A program made the translations under genes and the position numbers. From contig CM059444.1 in NCBI GenBank assembly GCA_030390025.1, positions 24,676,001-24,740,000 on the forward strand: a stretch of DNA of 64,000 bases, written 5' to 3'. The DNA comes from Squalus acanthias. Its lineage: Eukaryota. A model generated the notes under the pieces. That model made no database searches, had not been told where the DNA came from, and worked only from the letters and a program-made list of their open reading frames with translations. Positions 1 to 14,236 of the stretch are shown piece by piece; position 1 is the first letter of the stretch, and each line of letters begins with the position of its first letter.

Positions 1-575
1 TCCTAGATCCCTTTCCTGTAGTCTATTGCCATTCATCTTGTATTCCATTGCTTATTCTCCTTTTCTCCACCTTGTATTTGTCCACATTAAATGGCATTTG
101 CCACTTGTCAATCCAATCTATTCGGCTCCCTCTGCACTTGGTCTGTTCGATATTTGCAGCCACCTCCACCCCACCTCACCCACAGTTTTATAAATTTTGC
201 AGCTGAAGAATGCTTTGTTTCTAACCCCACTTCCAAATCTTTTATTCACCGGCAGCTCGTGCAAAAAGAATTAATGAGGCCCGAGATTAAATTTTGGGCC
301 AGCCTTGGACCTCCCGGTTGGGACGAGTGCTGGCCGCAAGTTTCGGGCCAAACTTAGCCCGAAAATGGACCCAGACAAATGCCCAGTCCTTGGACTGGAT
401 TCCCAGCAAAACCAATTGAGGCTGAATCAATTTATTCCATCAAAATGAAGTTGGATGAATATATGTTTGAGAATGGGATTGGGTATAGACTGAGATATGA
501 ATCTACAAACATATGAAAAGCAGAGTAAAAAGAAATCAGGCTCATCAATTCTCACCCTCCCTGTTGGATGAGGCA

Positions 576-1135
576 CATAGAGTCATAGTCATAGAGTCAT
601 AATGGCACAGAAGGGGGCCATTCGGCCCATCGCGTCCATGCCGGCTCTCTGTAGAGCAATCCAGTCAGTCCCATTCCCCCGCTCTATCCCCGTAGCCCTG
701 CAAGTTTATTTCCCTCAAGTGCCTATCCAGCCTCCCCTTGAAAACATTGAGTTTCTCCGCTTCCACCACTTCCGTCGGCAACGAATTCCAGGTCCTCACC
801 ACTCACTGCGTAAAAAAGATTTTCCTCACATCCCCCCTGTATCTTTTGCCCAAAACCTTAAATCTGTGTCCCCTAGTCCTTGTACTGTACCATCAACTAA
901 TGGGAACAGCCTTTCCCTGTCTAGCCTATCCAAACCCGTCATAATCTTGTACACCTCTATCAAATCACCCCTCAACCTCCTTTGCTCTAATGAAAACAAA
1001 TCCAGCTTCTCCAACCTGTCCTTGTAGCTAAGATCCCCCATCCCCGGAACCATTCTGGTAAAGTGTGGTGACCAGAACTGGACACAATACTCCAGTTGTG
1101 GCCTAACCAGCGCTTTATAAAAGTTCAGCATAACA
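576..1135 (-). mobile_element. CR1 LINE 3' fragment
   Basis: ORF 826..1194 carries CR1 RT C-terminal motifs (LVRPQLEYCVQFWSPH, LEQRRLRGDLIEVYKI); CATAGAGT-type tail repeat at 576-601. Confidence 0.9.
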
Positions 1136-2013
1136 ACTCTACATGGTTGAACTACTTTCCCATCACTGGTGATGGTAAACCCTGGGGAGGCCAAAAAACC
1201 TGTGGAAAAATCTCTGGGAAATTCCTCTTAGTCAAAAGCAATAAAGCAAGCTTTGGGGGATCAATGTTCCCCATGTCCTATGGAATATATGATTGTACAA
1301 GATCGGAAAAGACCATTGGGAGTTGCAAAACTGCATGCCCCACTTTAGCGCTTGTACTCTTCAATAGCTCTTTCTGCCAAAATGTATTCATCACCCTCTT
1401 GAAATTTATAACATCATTTGCTTCTGTTACCTCCTAGGATAGGCTATTCTACATATTCAATTTGTCAAATACTCCACGCAGCATGATGGTCCTTGTGCTG
1501 GGGCAGGAAAGGCAGTGCTGTGTGTAGAGGGCAGTCAACTAGTGTTGAATCATGCAAAGAAAAAGATAAATGTATATCCTAGGGTTTTTCTCAATAATCT
1601 TTGGGGATCAGTAAATATTTATGCAAAGATTTATGAGATTAAATGGGTGGGGTAGAGTCCATTTAAAGTGTAGACTGTGCATGATCTGTGGAGGGATTGG
1701 ACTTACAGGGTCAAAGCCATTCCTTGTTGCATGCTTTCTCATGTTATATAAAAGGTGCCATGGTGCTCTTTTCCAAATACAGTCTTTGAAAAATTTTGAA
1801 TTGTTGCAGTAATTGGTATTTTCTATCGTAGAAGTGTTCCAAAGACCCAAACAATATACACAAAAGGTACAACCCTGTATTAGTTTACTTCTTGAAGATG
1901 GGAAGTAAAATCTGCTGCAGCAATTCATTCATACACATTCAGGTCTTAGATGTCTCCATAAAGATGTTGCATTTGACAGATGTGTTTTAACTTCCATTAC
2001 TCGTATGTTAGAC

Positions 2014-2054
2014 TCAGTCGAAAAAGATGGTCATTTCTGTTTTATCAGAGTCCT
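2014..2054 (-). CDS. Candidate terminal coding exon of an unidentified minus-strand gene ((K)DSDKTEMTIFFD*)
   Basis: Acceptor cattttgttacag|AG, phase 1, compatible with the candidate exon at 9607-9425; TGA at 2016-2014. No homology recognised. Confidence 0.25.
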
Positions 2055-2303
2055 CTGTAACAAAATGACTTGGATAGTGATCACTTTAAACGATGAAGCA
2101 GTTTAATAATAATTTTTTTTGATCTCTTTTTCTCAGCTCATTTTTATCTGTTGCTTGTAGGCATGTTTCAAAAGATGAAGGGTGGAATCAAACCCAATGT
2201 TGATTTTAATACGAAAATCAGAAATTTAGTGTAATAATTTTTCCCTGAACATGTACTTAGATGCATTCATTGTATATGCATGATTATGGATCAACAGCAA
2301 TTA

Positions 2304-2655
2304 TCATAGAATCATAGGATGGTTACAGCACGGAAGAAGGCCATTCGGTCCGTCGAGTCCGTGCCGACTCTCAGCTAGTCCCACTCCCCCGCCCTTTCCC
2401 CATAGCCCTGCAAATTTTTTTCCTTCAGATACTTATCCAACTCCCTTTTGAAAGATAAAATTGAGTCTGCCTCAACCATCCTTTCAAGCAGTGCATTCCA
2501 GATCTTAACCACTCGCTGTGTAAAAATGTTTTTTCTTACGTCGCCTTTGGTTCTTTTGCCAATCACCTTAAATCTGCGTCCTTTGGTTCTCGACACTTCT
2601 GCCAATGGAAACAGTTTCTCTCTATCTACCCTGTCCAGACCCCTCATGATTTTGT
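2304..2655 (-). mobile_element. CR1 LINE 3' fragment
   Basis: ORF 2375..2668 (FTQRVVKIWNAL...GYGERAGEWD), 3' UTR and CATAGAAT tail. Confidence 0.9.
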
Positions 2656-3213
2656 AAGAATAATGCAACTGGCTTTATATATCAGTGCATTATCAGGTTA
2701 ATAATGTTTACTGGAAATGTTTTGACAACCAAGTGTTCATATTTAAACAGTTTCCAATTTGAAAACAAATATTTGGAATGTAAAAATATTTACATGCCAA
2801 GTGTAGTGATGAATGCTATAGGGTATTTTTTTTGCTGTTGAACATCTGTTGATATCACAGCTGGCACTCCTTCCTCCATCAGCATAAATATCTCAATTTT
2901 TTAATATTTACGGTAATGTTCTTGAATACTAATGGCCCAATCAAAAAAAATCGGGGCATAATTAGTTACTATAAAGGTACATGTTCTGTAAATTAATGGG
3001 AATCAATGAGATAGCCATAATATTTAACAATACATCAAGTAGAGTAAAAAATAAGGCAGTATTTCTATTGTATACACCGTGTTGAAAAGATCATCATGAA
3101 GTCAGTGACAGAAAGATTGTAAAAACAGCAAAGACTTATGACTGCATGAAAATGTAGTGTTGCTGAGCGAATGGACTTCATACACAACAGACAATGACAA
3201 AACTAGACTTTAA

Positions 3214-5064
3214 GGGCTGGATTTTGCCAGCGCACAGAGGGCAGGTTTGGAGGCGGGTCCACTGTCAAAATAGCAAAGATTGACAGCGGGTAGGAAACCC
3301 ACCGTCAACCCACCTCCACACGAGTCTCCCAGGTTTCGGGTCTGTCTGCGCAGAACTGACCCAACACCAAGCGGCGAGGGAGACAATTGAGCTCATTAAA
3401 TGGTATTTTGAGGCTTCCTTCCAATTTTACATGCTCCCCCATGGTTTACCCACTGTTCGGGGAACACGCCAGCTCACCCTAGTGTGAGTTGATTCTGCTT
3501 TGATGTATCTGATAAGCTGACAGCTGCAGAAGTGGTATAAAGGATGCCATGTTGCAGATGGTCAGTTTCAGAGCGCAGAAACTGTTGGTTACTGCATTTG
3601 TAAGACATATAGAGATTTCTTTAGCTTGCAAGTGTTTTGAGCCAACTGTATGTCCAGTGCCACGTCATTGGAACAACCTCTCTCACCATTGACAGATCGC
3701 TTCTGTCATCTCACCTGCAGCTGACATCTATTGCAGCAAAATCGGTGCCATAGAAACTATCTCACCTTGCTCCTCTGATTCCTTCCACGCTCAGCCCCAA
3801 CACTAACATCACCAGGCACACCAACATCACCAACCTTCTCCGCCATCACCTGATGCTGCACTGGACACAGGGCATCATCCCCTGGCAACATTGCTGCCTG
3901 GGAGGCCAGCGATGGCATCACCATGGCCAGATTTACTTCACTTGACGCTGTACACCCTGGCTGCCACATGATGCGCCAGGTTGACACCATTCCACACCAG
4001 CACCGTGAAGCATCCCTTTAATGTCCAAGCCATTCCATGCGCACTCATCACTATAGTGGCGGGGGCGGGGGGGGAAGGTTATGTCTCAACATTCACTGGA
4101 ACTCAGTAAGACACTTTTCAAGGTGCGCACAGATCTGTCCAATGAGGGGCAGTGTTGAAAATATAGATTTCACTGTATGACAACACATTACCAGAAACTT
4201 CACATGGACATTGGCTAAACCTCTCAAGTGCCTACCCTTGTGTTGTTAGTTGGTATGCTTGCAGTAGGATGAGGGTGAGTGTGAGGGGTGGCTAGTGAGA
4301 TGGGGAAGTAATAAAGTAGATAGAGAGGGATGGGTGGAGGTGCAAAGTAAGTTGGTGTGAGTAAGGACGTGCAGGAGAAGGGTATGGAAGGCAGAGTGAT
4401 GGGGATGTGTTGAATGGCACAGCAGGGTGAGTTTGAGTGTGGCTTTGCAGTAACGTTTCGTGATCCACTGAGATCATTGAAAGGTTGGCACCACTGCAGC
4501 CAGGGACCCCTGACGACATCCCTGCTTTTGCCCTCCTGTCCAATGTACAACCAGGCTGCGTTGGTGTCCTGGGGAGGTCTCTTCTGCCCTTGGAAGAGAA
4601 GAGAACCTTCCTGCAGGCTGTGACTCACTTCATAAGCATATGGAGGGAGTCATTGGAGAACCTGAGTGCAAGCGTCCACCTTTGTGCAGTGCTTGTCAGT
4701 GTTTGCAGCACCTCAATGCTGTCAAACACTGACAGAACAACTATCAAACTCAATGTGGCTGGCCTGCTGAGTTTTTCCAGCGTTTTCTGTTGTTATTTCG
4801 GATTTCCAGCATCCGCAGTATTTTGCTATCGTATCAATGTGGCTGTGGTCCCTTTAAGGAAACCGACTGATGACGCATCATCAAATGATGTCATCAGACC
4901 CGCTTCATGTTAATTGGCTGGGAAGCCCGCAGGGCAGGCTTAACAAGGCCAATTAAGGGAAAATCCCGTTTACAGAGCGGCTGCAGCCGGGAGCGGGAGC
5001 AGGACCGGAACCCGGCAAACAGCTATCCCGTCACCATCCCGACACTGCTGAGAAAATCCAGCCC
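3214..5064. mobile_element. PIF/Harbinger DNA transposon, non-autonomous, with Myb/SANT-like gene remnant
   Basis: Perfect 12-bp TIRs GGGCTGGATTTT...AAAATCCAGCCC; TAA duplicated at 3211-3213 and 5065-5067; minus-strand remnant KRPPQDTNAAWLYIGQE...WLQWCQPFNDL resembles the Harbinger Myb/SANT protein. Confidence 0.88.
4762..4833 (+). mobile_element. Penelope-like family A, 72-bp 3'-terminal fragment
   Basis: Matches the terminus of the element at 26325-27403; flanked by 12-bp duplication TCAATGTGGCTG (4750-4761, 4834-4845). Confidence 0.85.
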
Positions 5065-5984
5065 TAAGTGTTTGTTTTTTTGTTGTTGTAATGGAATATA
5101 GGAGTGAATACTGGCTCTTAATTCTATGGTAAGAAGCTGCTGTTCCTCCATAATTTGGCTTGTGCCCTGCACTTGGCATTTAACTGAATAGAGTTTGCAT
5201 ACAAAATGATTCCATCGTAACCAAAGCATTCCTAGGCACCATGCATCTTATTATAAAAATATATTCATACTTCATGACTGAAACCAGAAAGGGAGAATTA
5301 ACACCAACAAAGAACACAGCGAGGGCAAATTAGATTTGTTGTGTAAACAAACAACTCTGTTAGAATCTGTTTTATTTTGCTGAATCTTGTGCCAAAACCT
5401 CATTTTATCGATATTGAATTACTCTGCAAGTGATATAAAAATGAGCGTCCACAGCAAGTATAACTATCGCAGAATTCTAGCATTAATAGTATGTGGGAGG
5501 GGGGGGAAACAAAGACTAATAATATAGTATTTTTCTTCATACATATTTCTTTTTCTCTTTGTTACACTTGTAGGAATGACCTGTATATCTCCCTTGTGGA
5601 ATGTAAATTGCATAAAACATAATCCCATGGGGTATTCTCTATTGACACAACACATGCCAGCCTGCAAAGTGCTGTATTAGGTGTGGTACAATATTTGTCC
5701 TCCAAGTGTTGATAATGCTGAGAATAGGATATGGTTACATACTCCCCAGAGACATAGATGAATTAAATGGGCACTGCCTTCATAGAAGAATGTTTGGCAA
5801 ACATTGTATGGGCACACAGGGAGTGAAAATAAAATAGAATTCATGTCATGCAGGCTGAGTTATTAGTTAGCTAGTTCTGCTGGATCAGAGAGAACCAGCC
5901 AGGGTCACTGCTCCTGATTGATAACCAATAATGCACTGACATTGTTTATCTCATTGCGTCAGATTTTGAAAATATATGAAAAAA

Positions 5985-6490
5985 GGATTTCAGTCTTTAT
6001 GATGCCCTAAACTCACTCTATCTAAAAAACCTCTGTGCAAAAATAAATCTAACGTCTTCCCTTTAAATTTATGCCCTCTAGATACCGACTCACTGATCAG
6101 TGAAAACCGTTTTTTCCAATTGACCTTATCAATGCCCTTCATAATTTTGAACATCTCTATCAGATCTCCTTTTAATCTTTTTTATTCTGATGCGAATAGC
6201 CCCAGTTTCTCCTCATAACTAAAACCTGTCATTCTTAGAAAATCTCCTTTATACCCTTTCTATGGCCTTGACATCTTTCCTAAAGTAGGGTGCCCAAAAC
6301 AATATATTAACTGCCTCTTGTACCATCTGCAAACTTAGATACCTTGACCCCTCTGCCCAAGTCCAGATAATTTATTTATATTTATCCTTAGAGAGAGAGA
6401 GAAGTAGTTATTCCAACACTGATCCTTGTGGGAACACCACAGTTTACAGCCAACGAGTCTGTGAAAACATCTATTAATCGCTATTCTCTG
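5985..6490 (-). mobile_element. Degraded CR1 fragment
   Basis: Patchy similarity to the CR1 RT 3' region (tctatcagatctcct, cttcctaaag, gatccttgtgggaacacc). Confidence 0.65.
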
Positions 6491-6541
6491 TTTTGTGTAC
6501 TTCAGGAAACTTCCAAGTTATGCTGTAATATTCATTTTAAT

Positions 6542-7279
6542 GGCCCTGAAATTGCGGTCAGCGGTGTAGTTAAGGAGGATGCCGCCAACATCCGAATGAA
6601 ATCCGCACTTTCCTGCTGTGAAGCCCCAAACGAAAACTTGCTTTGAAATATTGCAGAGTTGTGCACAGTGTAGTAGCCCATGGATCCCAGGGGCGCACCA
6701 TTGTGTGTAAGCATACCTGGGATCACGTGAGGCGGTGCGCCTTTCAGTCAGCCAATCAGGAAACAGAAATCTCTGATGTCCAACATCAAATTTTAAATTA
6801 AACGGTGTGAATATTTATTTGACAAGTGCAGTACTTGGCTTTAAAAAGCACAGGGAATACTTTGGAGTAAGTACAGTTATTTACTGGAAGACTCTGCAAG
6901 ATTTAAAAAAAAAATTAAAACATCTCATCCCTCAAACCGAGCCTTTACAGCTGCCTGGTAGGTTGTTCGTTTTAAATTATTTATACATTTTTCTCACCAC
7001 CCCCCCCCCTCACCATACACTGTGCAAACAGGCCCCTACGCCTGTTTGCACCAGCCATAAAATTTTCCAGCGTAATTACTGTGCTGTTGATGGGCAATTA
7101 GCCCAACTACTCACCAGCAATGAGGATTTGACAGTCACAGCAGATGATGTGTCTAGTTGGAACTTGACAGATTGCAAGTTCAGGATTTAGCGGAAATCCC
7201 GAACTTGTAGTCAATTTCAAAGGCGGTATGACGGCGCACTCTGAGAGTACGCCATCATACCGACCACAAATTCTGCCCC
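6542..7279. mobile_element. Harbinger-type MITE
   Basis: Imperfect TIRs GGCCCTGAAATTGCGGTC / GACCACAAATTCTGCCCC; AAT on both flanks; internal blocks shared with 34598-35358 (cccagggg...ctgggatcacgtg). Confidence 0.7.
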
Positions 7280-7608
7280 AATATGTTTAAGTGCTTGATA
7301 CAATGAAAAGTATTTGAAGTACAGTGACTTGTTGTTTAGGCAGTTAGCCTCTCTGGGTCACTGCTTCCAATTTATCCAGTGGCCTCTGAATGTCTGTGTT
7401 GTGAGATTGTTGAGCGAAGCCAGGATGAGGCTCAGCTGTGATATTCAAATGGTGGAATAACTCATCAAAGGTTAATGTTTGTGTTCACATATGGGGACTT
7501 AGGTGAGGTATCAGAGACTTTCTGGCACAACCAAAACCCCAGCCAAAGTTACACCTCCGGGACAAGGAGGGAAAATACTGCAATTTGGAAGTATACAGAA
7601 AATATAAC

Positions 7609-7794
7609 CGGAGTGAAATTGAACGTGGACTGGAACGCAAAACAAACGGAATTGCATTTGCTGCCCATTGTACAACATGCCTGATATTCAATTCTATTGA
7701 AGTCAATGGAACTGGATGTCGGGCGGAGCTTATAACAGGCGACTGGTGCAATACTGCCTGTTTCACATCAACGCCCTTGTCCAATTTCACCCCC
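7609..7794. mobile_element. Short palindromic MITE (GGGGGTGAAATTGG family)
   Basis: TIRs CGGAGTGAAATTG / CCAATTTCACCCCC; 3-bp duplication AAC; central attgaagtcaat. Confidence 0.78.
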
Positions 7795-9424
7795 AACATT
7801 TTGGAGTTGCACACAAAATAATACTGATATTTAAGATTATAGGCATCCTGACACCTTATGGTACAGATAGGAACCATATAAGAATATAATAAAATTGAAA
7901 TGGTTTACAGTAGCTTTTAATATACAGCTGTGGAGAAGTAGGTGCAAGGACTGAACTGTTTGGGAGTGATATTCTTCCACATATAGCCAACCTGTCGAGT
8001 GTTCCTTATGAAATGCAACACAGTTAATAACCTAATTAATAAAACCCTATTTTGTCACAAACAAAAGCATTTGATTATCACTGTTGATGGATTGATGAGG
8101 TATGATTTTATTAACAGGTGTTGTTGATGTCCATTCACATTTACACACACCTGTCTGAAAAACTATGGAGTTAAGGCCTGCTCTGGTACACAGTGGCACA
8201 ATTGCTTGGATTGCTCTTGTGTCGGAATAACTTCCAAATTTATGGCAGTTATGCAGGAACTTGCACTCAACTTCCTGCGAAGTAGCTACAACGAGATCAC
8301 ATGGTTTCATATAGTATTGCTGAATTGGACCAGTATTTATTTATTTTGATATATATATATACTTGCAATATCTCTCCTACCCAGTTCACCAATCACATAA
8401 TAATGAAGAAGTAAACGATTCGAAGAACTCTGCAGTTGTCCTTTACTTATTTACAAAATGTAAGTGATAAAATTAATCTTCATGACCACAGTTGTTTAGA
8501 AATGGCACATGTGCACAAATACAGTTCTATGGCGCATGCTCTTGATCTTGCATTTTATGAATTCAGGTTGAATGTTCATTTAAATAAGTTGATGATGCAC
8601 TGAAGGGGAACTTGAAGAGTATTTGACTCACTAGGGCAGACTCTGCAGTTTCTATTTAACAGTTAAAATTATTTATATAGGATATAAAAATGATATTTTT
8701 GAACAACAAAGTGTCAATAATTGTAAAAAGTCTTTTTCCTAAAAATTAAACCTTCAGACCTTAGAACTGCAGTTACTCCTCCAGTTACACTGACATCAGG
8801 TGACTCCAGGACTTGCTGCGCCTAAATTTTGGGGGGGGAAACGCTCATGAAGCGCCTTGGGACGTTTTACTACATTAAAGGCGCTATATAATTGCAAGAT
8901 CATAGAATCATAGAGATCATACCTGTGCTGGCTCTTTGAAAGAGCTATCCAATTACTCCCACTCCCCTGATCATAGCCCTGCAAATTTTTCCCCTTATGA
9001 GCAGAGTAATACATCCCCACTTCCCCATGTGACAAATATTGATTCATGCCCATAGAGAAAGTGGTTTACTGTAACACTTTGACAATGTTGCACTGTTCAC
9101 AATGTACTGTGCATAACTGCTGAGTAGTATTTCACATATTTTATCTGTGCTCTGTACCACAAGCACCCCTACAGTTCTACTCCACTATATTTAAATAGTT
9201 TAAGCAGAAAATATACAATCTCTACTGCTCTTATATCAAAAATAAAATTTAAGAAATGGTCTGTATAACTAACGATTTACCCTCTGAAGGTATTATACAA
9301 TACTAGTTTTAAGCGCCTTGGGACATGTTATTGCGTTAAAGACGCTATATAAATATAAGTTGTTGTTGTTGTTTGACTAGATTTTAAAATTCCAGAATGG
9401 TGTAGTATTTGTTTTATGCCTCAC

Positions 9425-9607
9425 TTGTCCATTCCTCACATGCCTTATTTTCTTCTCTGTTTTTAAACTCTTTCCTAATCTTCAAAATCAAACTCCTATA
9501 ATGTTGGCAACTTTGAAGCAAATCTGAAATGCTTCTTCTGCTTCTTGAAGTGGTATTGACAAGGAATATAGTTTTCATTAGTCGGTGGGCTCTCGACATC
9601 ACCTCTA
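9425..9607 (-). CDS. Candidate internal coding exon of an unidentified gene (VEVMSRAHRLMKTIFLVNTTSRSRRSISDLLQSCQHYRSLILKIRKEFKNREENKACEEWT)
   Basis: Acceptor tcaattttgacag|, donor ACAA|gtgagg, 183 bp, phase 1-1, open frame, non-repetitive sequence, RSRR furin-type motif. Confidence 0.42.
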
Positions 9608-9770
9608 CTGTCAAAATTGATGACAACACAGAAACTCTTTCTTATCATCTGAAATTAATTCCTTTATCTCTGCTTTTCTTTCATTTTAGGATCATTTTCT
9701 AATCTTCTTTACATTCCTGCACAATATTTGCCATACCTTGATTGAGATTTTAGGCAGTCAACCTGCTTTT

Positions 9771-9875
9771 ATGAATGAGTGTGTGTGTGTACATGGATGT
9801 GAATGTGTGCGTGTGTATGAGTGTGAATGTACGTGTGTGTGTGCGTGTGTATATGAATGAGTGTGTGTATGTAAA
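9771..9875. repeat. Imperfect (GT)n microsatellite
   Basis: GT runs interrupted by atgaatga and gc units. Confidence 0.9.
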
Positions 9876-9900
9876 TGACCACCACAGAAATGCAAGTTAG

Positions 9901-11915
9901 CTTATAGGATCATAGAATGATACAGCACAAAATGATGCCATTCAGCCCATTGTGCCTGTGCTTTGGTAGAGCTCTCCAATTAGTCCCACTCACTTGCTCT
10001 TTTCCCATAGCCCTGTAAATATTTTCTCTTCAAGTAGTTATCCAATTCTCTTTTGGAAGTTACTATTGAATCTGCTTCCACCATCCTTTCAGGCAGTGCA
10101 TTCCAGATCACAACAACTCGCTGTGTGAAGAAATGTTCCCTCACATCACATCTGGTTCTCTTGCCAATCATCCTAAATCTGTGTCCTCTAGTTACCAACA
10201 CTTCTGCCATTGGAAACAGTTTCTCCTTATTTACTCTATCAAAACCAATCATGATTTTGAACACCTCTATCAAATCTCCTCTTAACCTTCTCTGCTCTAA
10301 GGAGAACAACCCCAGCTTCTCCAGTCTCTCCACGTAACTGAAGTCCCTCATCCCTGGTACCATTCTAGTAAATCTCTTCTGCATCCTCTGCAAGGCCTTG
10401 ACATCCTTCCTAAAGTGCGGTGCCCAGAATTGAACACAATACTCCAGCTGAGGCCTAACCAGTGTTTTATAAAGGTTTAGCATAGCTTCCTTGCTTTTGT
10501 ACTCTATGCCTCTATTAATAAAACCAAGGATCCCATATGCTGTTTTAACAGCCTTCTCAACTTGTCCTGCCACCCTCAAAGATTTGTGTACATAGACCCC
10601 CAGGTCTCTCTGTTCCTGCACACCCTTTAAAATTATACCATTTAGTTCATATTGCCTCTCCTCATTCCTCCTATCAAAATACATCATTTCACACTTCTCT
10701 GCGTTAAATTTAATTTGCCATTTGCCATGTGTCTGCCCATTTCATCAGTCTGTCTATGTCCTCCTGAAGTCTGTTACTATCCTCCTCATTGTTTACTATA
10801 TTTTGGACTTTTGTATCATCTGCAAACTTTGAAATTATGCCCTCTATATCCAAGTCCAGATCATTAATATATATCAAAAAGTGCAGTGGTCCTAATACCG
10901 ACCCCTGGGGAACATCACTATGTACTTCCCTCCAATCTGAAAAACAATCACCACTACTCTCTGCTTCCTGTCCCTTAGCCAATTTTGTATCCATGCTGCC
11001 ACTGTCCCTTTAATCCCATGGGCTTTAATGTTGCTAACAAGTCTATTATGTGGTACTTTGTCAAATGCCTTTTGAAAGTCCATATACACAACATCAACCA
11101 CACTACCCTCATCAAACCCTCTCTGTTACTTCATCAAAGAACTCCATCAAGTTAGTCAAACATGATTTATCTTTAAAAAATCCATGCAGACTTTAATTTA
11201 TTAGCCCATACTTTTCCAAATGTCAATTAATTTTGTCCCGGATTAATGTCTCTAAAAGTTTCTCCACCACCAATGTCAGGCTGACGGGCCTGTAGTTGTT
11301 GGGTTTATTCCTCTCCCTTTTTTTAAACAGGGGTGTAACATTTCTAACCCTCCAGTCCTCTGGCACCACCCCCATTTTGAAGGAGGATTGGAAGATTGTG
11401 ACCAGAGCCTCCGCAATTTCCACCCTTACTTCCCACAGTAACCTAGGAGGCATCCCATCCGGACCGAGTGACTTTTCTACTTTGAGGACTGCCAACCTTT
11501 TAAGTACCTCCTCTTTATTTTTTTATCATATCCAATATCACTACTCCCTCCTCCTTTACTGCTACATTGGCAGCATCCTCTTCTCTAGTGAAGACAGATG
11601 CAAAGTACTCATTTAATACCTCAGCCATGCCCTCTGCCTCCACAAGAAGATCTCCTTCTTGGTCCCTAATTAGCCCCACCCTTCCGTTGACTACCCTTTT
11701 AATATTTATGTGTTTATAAAAGACTTTTGGGTTCACTGTCATGTCAGCCACTAATCTATTCTCATACTCTCTCTTCGCCCCTCATTCTCTTTTTTAGATC
11801 TCCTCTGTACTTTCTATATTCAGCTTGTTTCTCAACTTTACAATTGTCATAAGCCTCCTTTTTCTGTTTCATTTTAACCTCTATATCTTTAGTCATTCAG
11901 GGAGCTCTAGCTTTG
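9901..11915 (-). mobile_element. CR1 LINE, 5'-truncated and frameshifted
   Basis: Consecutive RT fragments in ORFs 11515..11751, 11223..11495, 10892..11101, 10710..10994 ([14 protein letters not shown]) and 9980..10687. Confidence 0.93.
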
Positions 11916-12550
11916 AATCATAGAATCATAGAATCTTACAACACACAAGGAGACTATAGAGCCTGTGCTGGCTCTTTGAAAGAGCAGCTGTGCTTAGTCT
12001 CGTCCCCCCTCCCCCCCCCCCCCCCCCACTTTTTCTCCGTAACCCTCTAAGTTCCTCATCCTCAAGTATCTGTCCAACTTCCTTTTAAAATTATTTATGG
12101 AATCAGCTTCCACCACCTTTTCAGGTACAGCGTTCCAGATCCCGACAACTCTCTGACTGAAAACATTTCTCCTCATCTTCCCGCTAGATCTTTTGCCAAT
12201 GATTTTGAATGTATGACCTCTGGTTATTGACCCACTCACCAGAGGGAATAGTTTTTCTCTACTCTATTAAAACTTCTCATCATCTTGAAAACCTTTATTA
12301 GGTCACCTCTTAACCTTCTCTGTTTCAAGGAGAACGGTCCTAATTTTTCCAACCTCTCCGCATAACTGAAATCCCTTATCCTTGGTAACACCCTGGTAAA
12401 CCTCCTCTGCACCCTTTCTAAGGCCTTTACATTTTTCCTGAAGTGTGGTGACCAGAATTGTCCACAATATTCCAGCTGAGGCCTAACCAGTGATTTATAA
12501 AATTCTAGCATGATCTCTTTGCTTTTATATTCTATGCCTCTATTTATAAA

Positions 12551-12750
12551 GTGGAGATGCCGGCGTTGGACTGGGGTGGACAAAAATGAGAAGTCGCACA
12601 ACACCAGGTTATAGTCCAACAGATTTATTTAATTTTACAAGCTTTCGGAGCAGTTCGCTCTAACTTACCTGACGAAGGAGCGAACTGCTCCGAAAGCTTG
12701 TAAAATTAAATAAATCTGTTGGACTATAACCTGGTGTTGTGCGACTTCTC
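12551..12750. mobile_element. Penelope-like family B, short fold-back insertion
   Basis: Duplication (CTC)TATTTATAAA at 12538-12550 and 12748-12760; about 12588-12660 is the reverse complement of about 12678-12750. Confidence 0.88.
12665..12703 (+). ncRNA. Minimal type I hammerhead ribozyme motif (family B)
   Basis: TTAC-CTGACGA-A-GGAGC(GAACT)GCTCC-GAAA-GC-TT-GTAA: intact core, stems I and II, palindromic AAGCTT in place of stem III. Confidence 0.8.
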
Positions 12751-14236
12751 TATTTATAAACCCAAGTAACCCAAATAGTACCTTATCAACTTGCCCTGTC
12801 ACCTTTAAGGATTTGTGTATATGGACACCAAGGTCTCTCTGCTCATCTACACTTTTCAAAATATGCCATTTATAGTATACTGTCTTTCCATATTAGTCCT
12901 CCCAAAGTGTATCACTTCACACTTCTCCGCATTGAACTCCATCTGGCATACTTCTTCCCATTTCACCATCTTGTCTATGTCAGCCTGAAGTCTACAACTA
13001 TCCTCATCCTGATCTATTACGTTGCCAAGTTTCATATCATCTGCAAACTATATATGCTGCTCCCTACACCCGAGTCTAAATTGTTTATAAAAATTGAACC
13101 CAAAACTGACTCTAGGGAACACCACTGCAAACCACCTCCCCGTCTGAAAAACATCCATCCATCCATCACCACTTTGCTTCCTGTTACTGAGCCAATTCCA
13201 TATCCATACCGCCACTTTTCCCTTAATTCCATGGGTTTCCATCTTCTTGATAAGCCTCCTGTGTGGCACTTTGTCAAATGTCTTCCGAAAGTCCATATAT
13301 ACAACATCTACTGCACTACCTTGATCAACTTTCTCTGTTACCTCATCAAAGAATTCAATCAAGTTAGTCAGACACAATTTGCCTTTAACAAATCCATGCT
13401 AGCTCTCCTTGATTTACCCATGCCTTTCAAAATGAAAATTTATTTTGTCCCTGATAATGGTTTCCAATAACTTCCCCACCACCAATGTTAAGCTGACTGG
13501 CCTGTAGTTTCCTGGTTTATCCCTCTCCCCTTTCTTGAATAGTGGTATAACATTAGTAACCCTCCAGTCCTCCAGTTTGGATGCCCTTCCTTTCCCCCTC
13601 ATGGAAATGTGTCTATTCTGTACCCGAACCATCTCCTCTTTGAAGGCCTCCCATTGTTCATTTAGTACCTCAGCCATGCCCTCTGTCTCCACAAGAATAT
13701 TTCCTTTTAGGTCCATAATCGGCCCCAACCTTCTTAGAGATTTCAAAATTGGTAAACTAAGTTTTTACTTTGATCTGGAGGCTCCCAAGACATGAGATAC
13801 AAAGGAGGGAGCTACAATCTACCACATTTTCTACACAAGCATTGTGAATCTTCCCAAATCCCGCTCTCCTCAAGAAGTGATTAGTCTTTTTCCTTTCTCA
13901 AGTGCTTGCCAATTCATTCCCTGGAGGTTTCATGTTATTATCATGCCTATAGGTTTTGCAGAAGCTTATTAATTGACAGTTGTCCAGTTTATCTCCTAGC
14001 CTCTTTACAGATGATCTTTTATTGCCTGTTTGTTGTTAGTATTTTTCTAAGAATCCCTTTATAATCAAATGCATCCATTTCTTGTGCAACAGGCATATGA
14101 ATTAAAAATGGGTTGTGTAAATCTGGTCGGAAAAGTACACTGATAATTCCAATTTCTTTAATGGTTACATTGTTATCAGAGAATATTGCATCATATCTAG
14201 TAATACTTAATTAGAGAAAAGTAGACCTAATAATAG

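Larger units (their letters stand above)
11916..13735 (-). mobile_element. CR1 LINE, degraded, interrupted by a Penelope-like insertion
   Basis: RT fragments 13414..13746, 13048..13377, 12236..12619, 11994..12239; ATCATAGA tail at about 11917. Confidence 0.9.
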